Source: Monocercomonoides exilis PA203 (taxonomy: Eukaryota; Protista; Preaxostyla). From it: a stretch of DNA of 64,000 nt. Under the pieces are notes generated by a model. The model had not been told where the DNA came from. It did not search any database and saw nothing but the letters and a program-made list of their open reading frames with translations. Numbering within the stretch: the stretch's first letter is position 1; every line of letters starts with the position of its first letter. Position numbers and translations under genes: made by a program. Where the stretch lies: the NCBI GenBank assembly GCA_001643675.2, contig LSRY02000006.1:124001-188000 (forward strand), read 5' to 3'. Below, one piece after another: positions 39,045 through 52,800 of the stretch.

Positions 39045-39554
39045 TTTTAATCTGTTTTTACTTATGGTTTTAGCATTTTATTTTATAAACAAAGAAAAAC
39101 TATCACAGACCGCAATCTGTGCTCATTTTGATTAATATTTCAAATAGTCATATTTTTTTCGTTTTACACTTTGATGTATTTCTTTAAAAAACTAATTTTT
39201 TGATTTGATAACATTCTCAATTAATTCACAATTGGAACATATATCTATCATTTATCGTTTCAATTTGCATTAAAAACACTTGCAGTTCTTTACAACTTTT
39301 TCTTCTTTGTTGTTAAAACAAAAAGAAAAAATATTTATCTTTCTTCGGTGATGAAACTATCAGATGAATTTCAATTCTTTTCTCTGATTTTCTTATCTCC
39401 GTTACAACGTTATAATCAGGAATATGTTAAAAAACAATCATAATATAAAGTTTAATTATTGTATTAAAAAAACGATTTGAAATGAAATAAAAGGAAATAT
39501 ATTTTGCAAATATTTAGCATAAAAAAACACATTATGCACAGTTTGGATTTATCT

Positions 39555-40033
39555 TTAATCAGGCTCAAGTTCGTCTTCTTCTTCTTCTTCTTCTTCGTAG
39601 TCTTCATCAGGATCGTCTTCTCGTGAACGTCCTGCTTCTCTAGCATTAACTTCTTTGCACTTGTCAATCCATTTGCAATATAAATCTATAGGCTCGTCGA
39701 GATCTATTAAACAATCAATCTTTATTCGTGAATAAATATGAATATTACAAACATCCAGCAGTTGTTTGAAAATCAGCCTGATAAAAATTTTTTCGTATTG
39801 AATAAAATTATAATTAAAAATTAACAAACAGTACACATTGAACATCTAATTTTTGCGATCATTGTTGATTTATCACTGAAAAAAAAGTTATTTTAAAAAA
39901 GAACATTATCAGCATACATCGAAACCCCAACGCTTTTTTCCTGATTACAAAAAGGACAATCAAATATAGTTGGCACTTTAGGAAGTTTTGGTTTTGCTTT
40001 TGGTTTAAGTTTTCTTGCTTTTCTTTTACCCAT
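39555..40033 (-). CDS. ELF1: Transcription elongation factor Elf1/ELOF1, 4 exons
   Basis: 'MGKRKARKLKPKAKPKLPKVPTIFDCPFCNQEKSV', 'IRCSMC', 'LDEPIDLYCKWIDKC', acidic tail. Confidence 0.92.
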
Positions 40034-40070
40034 TAAAAATTAAAATTTTTATTACATCCACAGATCGAAA

Positions 40071-41491
40071 ATGGATGAAAAGAGAACCCTTCCTCATGTT
40101 TGGACTGTCGGAGAAAATATACTGTGCATGTGGCGCGATGAAAATTATCGTTTGAATCATTAGTTTAATGAATTTATCATAACAATTGCGTATTATAGAT
40201 CCAGCAACAATTATTGAGAAAAGAATTATGCCCGACGACACCTTCCAATTTTATGTTCATTATGCAGGATGTTTGAATTATTTTGTTTAAGCTTATTTTT
40301 GAGGAAGTTTTTTGATGAAAAAAACTCATTTTCCAGTTGACAGAAGACTTGATCAGTGGATTCCTGAAAAGTTCGTTCGCCCAATAAATGATGTTTGTTA
40401 CGTTCAATTTATAAAAAAACAGAAAAATTCAATGTTTGTTTAGAGCGAATGCAAAACGAGATTGCAAACTAGACGTTTTGAAGATGACGGCACAATTCGA
40501 GCTCTTGAGTTAATTGATCCAGCAATTGCAGAATGGGAAAAGAAACACATTGAAAACACAAAAGTGAAGTATATTGAACGAATAGAAATTGGGAAGCATG
40601 AAATTGAGTGTTGGTATTACAGTCCATATCCCGATGAATATGAAATATCTCCCAAACTTTACATTTGCCAATATTGTTTAAAGTATATGAGAAAGAAAAA
40701 AACCTTGATGCAGCATAAGGCCCGATGCCAATATCGATATCCTCCAGGAACATTGATATACCGTGATGGATGCTTTTGCGTATTTGAAATTGATGGAGGG
40801 GAACAAATGCTTTATTGCCAGAATTTGTGTCTTTTGGGCAAACTATTTCTTGATCACAAAGCAGTTTTCTATGATGTCAAGGGATTTATATTTTACGTAT
40901 TGTGTTTTGTGGATTTAGGAGACGATGTTGCATTGGAGCGGATAAGTGAGTCTCAAGAAACAGCAAATCCCAACACGAAAGATAACAAGCAAAATAGCAC
41001 AACTTCCAAAAAGAATGCTGCAGAAGATAAAAAAACCGATACTACTAAACCAACCGAAGATCAAAAAACATCAACAGAACCACAAGCAGCAGAAGCATCT
41101 TTTTCAGCTTCTTCTTCTTCTTCTCCTTCTTCCACTTCTCCTCCTCCTCCTTCTTCTTCTTCGTCTAATTCATCCACACAACCCACTTCAGTTTCACCTC
41201 AGTACACTTCACACACATCGCAATCTGCACAAAATGCAGTTCCAACAGAAAATGCAGCACCAGATACACCTCAGCCAGCTTTGCCTACTTCGTCCCCTTC
41301 AACAGCATCATCTACGATGGACATTCCATCCAATGAAGCCTCATCTTCTGCTTCATTTCCTCTCCGGCCTTCTTCACTTCAGTCTCTTCCAGCTGATTCT
41401 GCAAGCACAGGAGCTGATTCAGCTGCGTCTGCACGAGCAGAATCATCATCATCAACACAAACACCAACACCTTCTTCTCCATCTTCCATTC

Positions 41492-41536
<45 letters not shown>

Positions 41537-42642
41537 TTTCCACCGCGTCAGCCTCAAACGCCACAAACGCCACAAACGCCACAAACGCCACAAATGCCTC
41601 AGACACATCCAATGCCTCCACCTCCAACATCCCCCACATCACCCCCAAGCCTTATGGTTACCGCATCCCTCCCACAGCTCACTTCGACTTTGTCGCCTTC
41701 TTCTCAAAGGAGAAGAACTGCATCGACACATACAACCTCTCCTGCATCGCCACCCTGCCGCCCTATCAGCAGCGCGGGATCGCCTCCTTTCTGATCTCTC
41801 TCTCTTATCTCCTCTCCATCAAGGAAGGCCTCACTGGCTCGCCTGAGCGCCCCCTGAGCGACTTGGGGCAGAGGTCGTATCTGTCCTACTGGCGCGGTGC
41901 AGTGCTGGATGCGATTTCGGAGTTTGTGGCAGCGACGGAGAGGGAAATATGGCAGAAGAGGAAGGAGGAGGAGGAGAAGATGAGGGAGAGCTTGTTGGAA
42001 AGAGAGAGAGAGAAGGAAAGGGAAGAGCAGAAGAAAGAAGAAGCAGAAGAGAAGGATGCGATGGAAGAAATACCAAATGATGGATTGAATGAAGGAACAG
42101 CTGCAAACATGGAGAAAGATAATGATCACAGCAACAAAACTGAAAATGGAAGCTTACAACCAAATTCAAATTCAGCAGATGAGGGAAAAAAACACGAAGC
42201 CAAATGTTCTTCTTCAACGCCACTTTCTCCTTCAACACACCCACAATCAACACCATCCGTATTTGAGTCAACTGTTCCTGACATCTTCATCCCCTCATAT
42301 CTCCACCCTTTCTATCGTGCCCCGCCGCACCCAGGAAACGCCCTCTTGCCGATGAACCAGCTGCTCCACTCGTCAAAAGGCTCTCTTCTTCCGCCCGAAA
42401 TCCCGTCTTCGCTGATCATCACAGCGAAGGACATCTCCCTCCGCACGTCCATTCGCATTGAGGAGGTGCTCTCGACGCTGCTGCTGCTGGGCCTGCTGAC
42501 AGAGAAGAAGGTGACAGCGCCTGTTCGCATCGACCCCTTCATGCTCAACCAGCACCACTACGAGCGGATGCAGCAGGCGATGAGGGGAAGGAAGCTCGCG
42601 AAGGCGGAGGCACTGGACTGGATTCCTGCGGGGAAATTCTGA
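40071..42642 (+). CDS. MYST-family histone acetyltransferase (Esa1/Tip60/MOF-like) with N-terminal chromo-barrel
   Basis: Short 5' exons 'FYVHYAG' and 'DRRLDQWI'. 'WYYSPYP', C2HC finger, 'YCQNLCLLGKLFLDHK', 'FFSKEK', 'NLSCI', 'PPYQQRG', 'GSPERPLSDLG'. Confidence 0.95.
41553..41600 (+). repeat. Coding 9-bp repeat (AACGCCACA)n encoding NATNATNATNAS
   Basis: Directly visible within the MYST insertion. Confidence 0.85.
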
Positions 42643-43858
42643 AACAGAGGAATTGCACTTGAAAATGGTACATTCTTAAAAAGGAATTGAATTTGTTCTT
42701 GAATGTATGAAAAATATTTTCTTGTTTGATAATAATAATCAAACAGACATTTTTGCTGTTAATTACCTTTTTTAACGCATAGCAAAGCTCGGATATAATC
42801 ACATTCAATTTTGCACGATTTTTTGTGATTGTATACGTGCTTGAAAATAACAGATACAACTTTTTCATCGATAATATTTTTTTTAATACATTTTTTAATG
42901 AGAAAAAGAAAAAAAAAATTTTTTTTTTGAAGAATAATATTTTCTTTATTTTTTGAATTGAAATTTCTGATGATCATGTGAAAATATGGGGCATTATTTT
43001 TGCGTTTATGAAAAAAACAAAGATTTGTTCCAAACTTTTTCTGCCATCTTATCATTGTTAATCTAACATTCTCATGCTAGAAAAATAGGCATAAACAAAA
43101 AAAAATAAGAAAAATAAAAGAAAATTTTGAGTGGAACGAAATTCAAAAAACAAAAAATTTAGTTCCATATTCTTATTTATTAACAATAATACTAACAAAA
43201 CAATCTTCATTTTTACAAAAATTGGGTTGGAATTCTGTACTGTATAAATTTTGTTTCACAAAATCTTTATAAATATTTTTTCTAGAATTCAAATAAGCTT
43301 CCACATTTTTTATATTTATACTTATATTTATATTTATTTTTCCATAAAAATTAAAAACTTATCAAAATGTGACATCAGAATAAGTTTGGAACTAAATGTC
43401 GATTATTTCATGAATAAAAAAATATTGTCCAAATATTTAAAATAAACAGAAAATAACCATAACAATAAATAATCACAGTTTATTCGCGATTTTTTCATGC
43501 TTTTAACATATGAAAAAACACAGAAAAATGAACCAAAAAATAAAGTTCAAGAAAGAAATGTTTTCATTCACTATTTTGATTTCAACTGTGTGACGATAAC
43601 AAAATTTTCAAGCATTTTCAAGATTGCAAAATTTCTCATTTGAGTTAAAAATTAATAGAAAATACATTTTTTGGATGATTATTTATTTATCGATCATTCG
43701 CTTTATTTTTAACAGTAAGATTTTCCACGAATGCAATATCTGCACCCATTATTACTCAAATTCAGATTTTTGCATCGATATTTGGCTTTATACTCTTTGT
43801 ATTACTGAAGTTTCTTTTATTTAACATTTTTCCATTTTGTTGTTTTTGTCTTCCACAA

Positions 43859-46800
43859 ATGAATATAACACATTTTCATTCCATTTCGAAAAATGACATT
43901 TCCCTTCAACAAAAAATGGCTTGTAAGACGTATGGCTAATGTTTTCTTTTTAATTTTTTTTAAAATGCACAACTCTTTTTAGTGCAATTGAAGTTAATTT
44001 TTTATTGACAAATGCTTCACTTCAAATTTCAGAAACTCATCTAAGTTGCAGGATTAAAGCTTCACTCTTTACTTTGGAAAAATCTTCTTCTGTTATTATG
44101 AATCGATGCATTTTCCATCCATCCGCATCCAGCAGTTATATCTGCCATTGCAGCGGTTCTTCATGTTTTTTAAACTGCACGTTTCCCATGGAAACAGAAC
44201 AAACATTTATTACTCCTTTTCTGCCCCGTTTAAGAAATGAAACATCATCATCCAACATGAATCATTTGTCAATTGTTTCATCTTATTTTTCAACATTCAC
44301 TTTCACAAGGATTCCTCTTCTCTTTTGTCCATCTGTTTCGTTTGTCAGTTTGAAAAACAACGATCTGTTCAATATCTCATCAAATCCACATCCAAAAACA
44401 ACTCCATTAATCGCTAGTTACAAATCACACATTGAAAACTGTAATTTTTATTGTGTAAGCGACGCACTTTACGGAGGTATCGTCAATTCCATAAATTCTC
44501 CTTCATCTACTATCTTCTCTTCGAACAATACGTTTATTACTTGTAACCATGGAAGTAACTTGGATAATAAAAACATGCCAAGGCAAGTTAATCCATCTGA
44601 AGCATCGTTTTCACTTGACGAATGGCATTGTTGCAACACTACTGGAACATCAGCAAATCCATACGATCCCTCCTCATCTGGAGGTGCTGTTTCCTTATCA
44701 AAAGACACATCAAAAAGTTTTTCTATAATTAACTGCGTATTTGAAAAATGTAATGCTTTTCAAGGAGGTGGTGCAGTTTTTATATCCAATATCAAGACCC
44801 TTTTGGTAAATAATTCATTTTTCAATAATTGTGAGTCAAAAAATTATCGAGGAGGGGGAATGTTTATCACTAATGTTGAATGTTGTCTAACCGTCAACAA
44901 TAACTTTTATTTTTGTTCATCTCAAAATGACGTTGGAGGCTTATATTATCATATGTTCTCGATGAGTGACCTTCCTTGCATTGAAGATACAGCTGAAGGA
45001 GGAAAGGCAATGCTGAGCGAATGCAATTTCTTTTGTGATACAGGTCGAGGAGGAGTAGGAGGTGGGATCACAATTCAGGCATTCAAAAAAGAAATAACTG
45101 TGCGTTCATGCCAATTAATAAATTGTTCAGCTTCGCAAGGGGGAGGTCTTGAGTATCAATTCCAGTGGAATGAAAGTACAGTTGTCAAGGTTTTATATTT
45201 TATATTTTTTCACAACTGTTCTTGCAACTCATTGAAATATAAAGGTGATGATGCATCAATCTTTGATCAATATTTAAGAGCAACGACTAATCCATTTTCA
45301 TATTCGTTTTCGACAAATACAAAATCGACACGCGTTTATCACTTTCATTTAGCAGAATATCATCCAGAATGGCTTGGTAACGGAGGAAATGAAAGATTTC
45401 TGTCATCAGAAGGAAACGATTCATTGATTGCATGCGGATATATTGATACTAGGCCGTGTAAAACAATTGAGTATGCTTTAGCGCATGCTTCTGAATATGT
45501 AAGTTGGACATTTTCGTTAATGCAATCAATTTTTTCACCTTCAGAAACATTGCATATCAACAAAAAGCATATCTCGTTTTGCGGTAGTGGAGCTTCAAAA
45601 ACCACAATCGAAACATAAAATATGTCTGAATCAAATTCAAGTTCGAATAATTGGTTGTTTTCAGTATCATCAGGAAATCTTTCTATTATTTCTCTCCTGA
45701 TTTTACTCAATGGCCATTCTCAAACGATTTCGTTAGTAATAATGACAAATTCAATGGGATTGTTTTCAATGCAGAATTCAAAGATAATTTCAACAACGGA
45801 ATTGGAAATGACTTCATCATTATTTGGTCTGTGTTTCAACAATGCGATTCTAGACTGCGTGACAATAGAGAATATTTCGTTGTCTTCTTCACCGTTAATA
45901 ACATCTGTTGCTCTGACAACAGAACAATCGCAAATTTATTCTTCTAACATGTTGAGCAATGTGACTTTCAGCAACATCTTACGTAAATCTGGTAATGGAT
46001 CCATATTTTCCCATTCTGTCGAGTCTACAGAAACGTTTTCCTTAAACAACTTTACAACTCATAAATGCAGATGTAACGTTGGAAATGGTGGTTCAGTTTA
46101 TTTGTCTTTAAAGCAAGGAAGTAAGATAATGATTGGATGCACTTCAATGGCCACATTCAATGAAAGTTGCGCTTCAACAGATGAAAGAGTCAAAGGAAAA
46201 GGAGGGGGTTTGAGTCTTGTAGCGATTGATGATTCAGATAGTTTTATTCTCAAAGAGCTTTCGTTCACAAATTGTCATGCATGGAAAGGAAAGAATCTGT
46301 GCATTGAAGGGAGGAATCTTTCATATCTAATTTCAAATTCTTCAATTGGATTTCACCCTTCAATAGCTGAAGGATTAACAAATTTCGAAGAATTGAGCGG
46401 TTTTGAAGAAAATGATCAAATTGCATATCCGCTTGCACTTTGGCTAAGAACATTCGTAATTCCCGCTTATGTGTCGGGAAAAGAGACTGATAACGATTAT
46501 CGACGTTGTGGATTCTTGGATTATCCTTGTAGAACAATTAATGGGGCAGTCAATGAGCATTTTTCTACTCAGCGGTGCAAAGTGAGATTGATGAATTCCT
46601 TTTCTTTTGATTCTGAAGTTGAACTGAGTTCAAATACTATTGATATCGATGGTTCAGGGCATGTTGTGAATTGCATTGTTGCATCACATTCCCATCTTTC
46701 CGATGAAAATGGATTGCTAGTCAGTAATGTTTCCTGCTTGTTGTCAAATATAACATTTGCTCTAAGCTCTTCAATTGGAAATAAGACGTGCTTTGCTGAA

Positions 46801-49800
46801 TGCAAGGAAAATGAAATGAATATCACTCAATGTTCAGTGAAAATGATTGATGATTCAACACCTGTGAAGTATTCTTTCGTTTTTGCCAGTGGAGGATGCC
46901 TCTCATTGATATGTCTCTCGATTGCATCAAACTGTGGAGTTTCTTTTCTCATTGTTCCAATGGTGACTATTTTTGAAGAAGGAAAATGTAACTTTGATCA
47001 AGTTAATTTGACAAACGTTATGACCGTTTCATCTCAGTTCAAAAATAGTAAATCTGGATTGCTATGTATTTTATCAAAGAACGAAATATCGATTGCAAAT
47101 TGCACATTTGCTGAATCTGTATTGCCGGATTGACCACTTATTTTAGCCGGAAGTAACTCAGAATTAAACATTCAAGACTCAAAATTTACCTCAATTTGTC
47201 GAAACTCTGGAAATGGATCATGCATTCAGTTACATTCAACCGAAATGACCGACCATTCTTGGGTTATCCGCAACTGCTCGTTTAATGGCTGTGAAATTAC
47301 TGGCTCTGATTGCGGTGGAGGAGGATTATCTCTTTCATTGCTAAATAGAACAACACTTTCTCTGATCTCTACACAGTTTAACGGTTGTTCTGCTCCAAAA
47401 GCCGTTGATGCAAATGGAAGAGGAGGTGGTATTTTGATGGGAATGGTTTTTCCGACTTCATCGTTTGATTTAACTAATTTATCATCCTCATTGAATGAAG
47501 CTTTACTTGGAAATAATATTTATGTGTCTTCTGACGATTTAAAAACCTGCATTAGTTGTCAATCGTTTGCATTTATGAATAAATCAATAAGCATTTCATT
47601 TGATGATTATGTTGGAAATGATCTGAAATGGCCTTCTGTTCAAATACCATTGATATTATATTTGCTTGAACGTGAAGATACTGTTTGCATATCATCTGAT
47701 GAATTCGATGTCATTGTTTGCGGATATTCGAAATATTCATGTAAAACCGTAAATTATGCATTGGGGCAACAAAATAATCGAGAAAAGAGACTATCAATAT
47801 TTAGTGGTTATATCCTTGAAGAAGCATTGAGTTTGGAAGATGAAAACGGTATTAAGATTGATGGAAATACAGATGCAGCAAAAATTACTATGAAGGGAGG
47901 ATTGTCAAAGCATATGGGAATTGTCATGGTGAAAGACAAAGTGATTCTTCAAAGTTTTTCTTTTGTTCTTCTTGCTTCTCTTCCTTCTCAATCTCAATCA
48001 ATCTTTTTCATTTCAACAGAAACTGGAGAGTTAATTGTTAATTGTTGCTCAACAGAAAATGACTTGAACGTTGAAGGCTGTGAAACTGGCTTGTTTGTTG
48101 TTGCAAGTGGAAATCTAATTCTTTCACAGTTTTTTGTTGAGCACATCACATTTGTTTCTCATTCAATGCTGAATTTCATTGGAAATGGGAATTGCTTAAT
48201 TGAGAAAAGCCACTTGTCAGGTGTTGCCACTCTCTTGCCAACAGGCCTTATTGATTTTTCAGGAACTGGATCGCTTTCATTAAAAAATGTCTTTATAACT
48301 TCAAAGGAATCTAATGGTTCCGTAGTACTAAATCGTGATGGAGGAATATTGACTCTTTCAAATTGCACCATTGAGAATCACAACAGAATTGAAGGAAATG
48401 GTGGAGCAATTGACGGAATTATATCAAATGACTGCTCTTTGATAATCGACAGCTTAATCATGGATAATTGTTCAACAAATGTTGGGAATGGTGGAGGTAT
48501 TTCTGTTGTATTGAGTGGCTCTGGAAAATTTAACTGCATAAACACAAATGAGAGTTCAAATTATTCATCCTGCTCTGCAAATGCAAATACTGTTTCTGGA
48601 GGTTATGGAGGAGCGGTTTTTATGAAATTAGAAAATAAGGGATTTGATTTTTGCTACGCAAACATTGCTTTCGGATCTGATCAATCAAGAAACTTTGCTG
48701 AGAAAAATGGAATGAATATGTTTATTGAAGAATCTTCACTTCCATCATTAGTCACAATTCAACGATTAGCAGTTGAAATACAACCATCGGAAGAAGATAT
48801 GAATGTTTTTGCAGGTTTGGACTTACAAGAGTCTCAAGTTGTCCCTCTAGCATTGTTTGTTCATCCTTGGATTCCACCTTCAGTTGTTGCTGGTGAATCT
48901 GGTAGAGATTATTCAAAATGTGGCTTTTCTTGGTTTCCTTGTTCAACAATTCCATTTGCTGTAAATGCTCACTTTGGTGAATCCGAAGGATCAATTAAAC
49001 TTTCATCAACTTTCGTTTTTAATACTCACATTGTTTTCAACAGTCAAAAGCTAACTATTTTTGGTGATGAACATCAAACTTCTGTTTCTGTTTCTGCTTC
49101 CGAAGCAAATGAAGGAGATGGACTTCTTGAAACACTTGAAGATATTTCGTTCAGACTGTTAATGTTTTCTTTCTCAACTTCAACATCAATCACGCAAAAA
49201 TGTTTTATTCTATGCTTATCAAAAACTCTGAATATTAATCAATGTGAAATGCAAGTACTTTCTGGAAAACCAGAATTTTCATTTCTCATTGTTCAAAGTG
49301 GTACTCTTTCTTTGCAAACTTTTCATTTGAACAGTGTTGAATTTTTATCATTTCCAGCCATTTTAATGGAAGGAGAAACATCAAGCGGGATATTTCATAA
49401 CATCTCAATAAGCGATGTTCGAACAGGAGCAACATCTGGAATTATATCCGCATCAAAAGGAGCAATGTTGACTTTCGAAAACTCATCAATAAATGATTCA
49501 ACTTACCAATATCATGCAATAATCCATGCAAGCAATGTTTCTTTATCAATTAATAATGTTACGCTCAAGAATCTTATCCGACTTAATGGTGATGGTGGAG
49601 CGATTGATGGACATATTGAAGAAGGAAAGAAATTTGATTTCAAAAAGTGTTCTTTTGTAAACATTGCATGTGCTTCCTCGTATGCCAAAGGAGGCAGTCT
49701 TCTTATTTCAGTTGCAAAAGGAGGAACTTTTATTTTTGATAAGAATATAGTTGAGGAATGCAAAGTTCCAGGATCAAATGGATTAGGTGGTGGCATTCAT

Positions 49801-52800
49801 TTGACATTCCAAGACAAAAATCTGAGTTATTCTCTTCAAAATCTCATATTTTCTTTAAATGACGCGCAATATGGGAAGGATGTCTATTTGGTTTGTCCAA
49901 TGCCACGAAGGCTGATTGATCCTCTTTTGTGGAGCGGCTCAGCAAAACAAGGTGATGAATACAATTTGACAATGTGGGTATTTGATCCCAATGATCCTGA
50001 TGTAAACATGACTCTTTTGAGATATTTGTTTTCATCTGAAGACGACACAATTTTTGTGAGTACCAATGAAGGAAGAAATACGATGAATTGTGGATCAGAG
50101 CAAGTCCCTTGCAGTGACGTATTTTATGGTTACAACAGACTTGGAGATAACAAGTTTGTAATTCATGTTCTTAACGTTGGAGAACTCGATGGAATGATCG
50201 AAAGGACAAACGATCCATTGACAGTTCGCGGAAGATCAACAAATTCAGAACTACTTATAAAATCAAATGGACATTTCAAACTGTATTCAGGCAGTAATCC
50301 AACAACGCTAACAATTGTCAATATCATCTTTTCGCTTCCAGAAGCTCGATGCACTTTTACAGATTTAATTGAAGCAAATACTGGTCGTGTAACTGTGATG
50401 AATTGTGTAATCAAAAGTATTTTTGAGAATAATTCAAACGAGACAATTTATTTTTCTCTATTTCAGGGAAATGGAGCAGACATCCGTTTAAGTAATTCTA
50501 CAATTGCAAAGCTGTTCTTTTCCGAAGAAAATAGAATTGCGTTTATGAATTCTCAATCGATGATAATTGAAAATTCGAATTTAACATCTCTTTCAAGCGA
50601 TCATGAGACACTTATTTATTGCAACAGTGGCGTTTCAATTGAAATCTCAAATTCAACATTTGAAGATTGCATATGTTCAATGGGAAATGTTCTGTCTTTT
50701 TGCAATGAAACATCATTGGAAATATCACATGACTGTTCTTTTAGCAAATGCATTTCCGAAACAAAAGATGGAGGAGCACTTCGAATCGAATTGAAAGAGC
50801 AAAATGCACTTTTAATTGACAAAGCCACATTTGAGAAGTGCAAATCAAACATTCAGACTGGAAGAGGCGGTGCTCTATTTTTGCTTCTCCACGATGATTT
50901 CAAAAATAATTTCATTTTCACAGACTTGAGTCTGAAAAATAACAAGGCATTTGACTGAAACGATATTTTTATTCAATGTGAAGATTTGAATTCTTCAGTA
51001 ACTCCAAGTCGTTTCAACTTCAATTTATTTAATGAGGAGCATCAAACTGCAGTTGATATTCGAGGCACAGATAATTCACTTCTTTATAGGAAGTCAGAGG
51101 ATTTACTTCAATATTTAGTACCATTTGTATCAACGCATGTTTCTGTATCAAGCAACGGAAAAGATGTTCTTCGATGCGGAAGCGAAATCGAGCCGTGCTT
51201 GACGTTTTGGAAAGGCTTCAAACAAATTGATTTATCAACTTCGGACTTAACTTCCATATCAATTATCAACAAGGCTATTATTAGTGACTGCTATGTGTAT
51301 GCATCACTGGCAATTGCTTCATCTTCTGACGATTTAGCGACACTTTCATTCAATTCAATTCTTAATAAGGAAAGAGAAACAAGAGGAGGAGCTGTTCTCA
51401 GAAACGAAGCTATGTCTTCTTTTTCAAAACTTGTTGTGCAATTTCCTCCAACTTTTTCTCCTGATAAGGAATATTTAATAGAATCTTCGTCAGATTCTTC
51501 CTCAACGATTCAGTTAGTTATAGCAAATTGCACATTCTTTTGTTTGTCTAAAAGTACTGTATCATTTCGCATTCTTTACGCTAAAGATGGGAATGTTTAC
51601 ATAAATGATTGCTCATTATCTTCAAATTCATTTAAATCGTCACCTTTGCATATTTCATCTCCTTTCACACTTGAAAATTGCTCTTTTGTTTCGATAAATG
51701 AAGACATGGATAAAAAAGGAGGCGTTGCACAAACATATTTGAATGAAAATAATAAAATGACGCTAAAGACCATCACAGCACAAAATTGTTCTTGTTCTGA
51801 AACAGAAGGGAAAGGAGGATTTTTGTATTTGGATTGTTCTGGATCACTTCAGAAATTGCCATTTGAAGCGGGTGGATCAATGAACTTCTTTGAGAATAAA
51901 GCTCAATTTGGAGACAATTTATTTATAATGTCACCTGATTTGAATAAAACAGTAACATGTGATTCTTTTGCCTTTGCTTTAGCCTCATTTGAAAGAGAAA
52001 GGAACGCATTTGCGGGTATTGATAATTCCAACAATATTGTTAATCTTTTAAGATATTTGATTTCATTCAGATCCACTTTAGTGAGCATATCTGCCGATGG
52101 CTCAGATGTGGCAAGATGTGGTTCAGCTGATGATCCTTGTAGAACATTCTGGAAAGGAATGCAACAGATTGCAGAAAAAGAGGAGAGCAAAACCATTCAA
52201 ATTTCGAATTTTACCAATATTTCTAATAGCTTTGATTTAACTGGTTTTTTGATTCAGTCTTCAACAATTGGACAAGATGAGGAAACCAAATCTACTTTAT
52301 CATTTCAATCAAATCAAGACATCTCAGAAGAAACTTTTATAACAAACCATAACCATCTACGAATGGAAGAAATAACACTCGAAATGAGCTATATATTTGA
52401 CAATTCAGTGAAAAGTCTTTTAATAAATGATGGCTCTATAGCACTTGCCCGTTGCTCATTCTCTTCGCAAGCAACATCTCAAAATGCATATCAGTGTTTC
52501 TTTGTGAAAGCAAAAGGTGGACAGCTTGAAATAAATGATTTGTCAATTGATTCAGAAAACTTTGGAGCAAGTATTATTTCTGTAGAGCAAAATTGCCAAA
52601 TTACACTTAATTTTGTCAATATTTCTTTCACAAATATTTCAGATGGTTGTATTCTTGATTTTTCTCGATTTTTGCCATGCCTCGGTATCCGATCAAATAA
52701 CATTTGCTCTTTAACAGTAAATGGATCGGATTTTTCGTCTGTTAGCCGAAGCGATCCAAGAGCAAGTGTGTTTGACTGTTCGAATGGATGTGAAACATGT

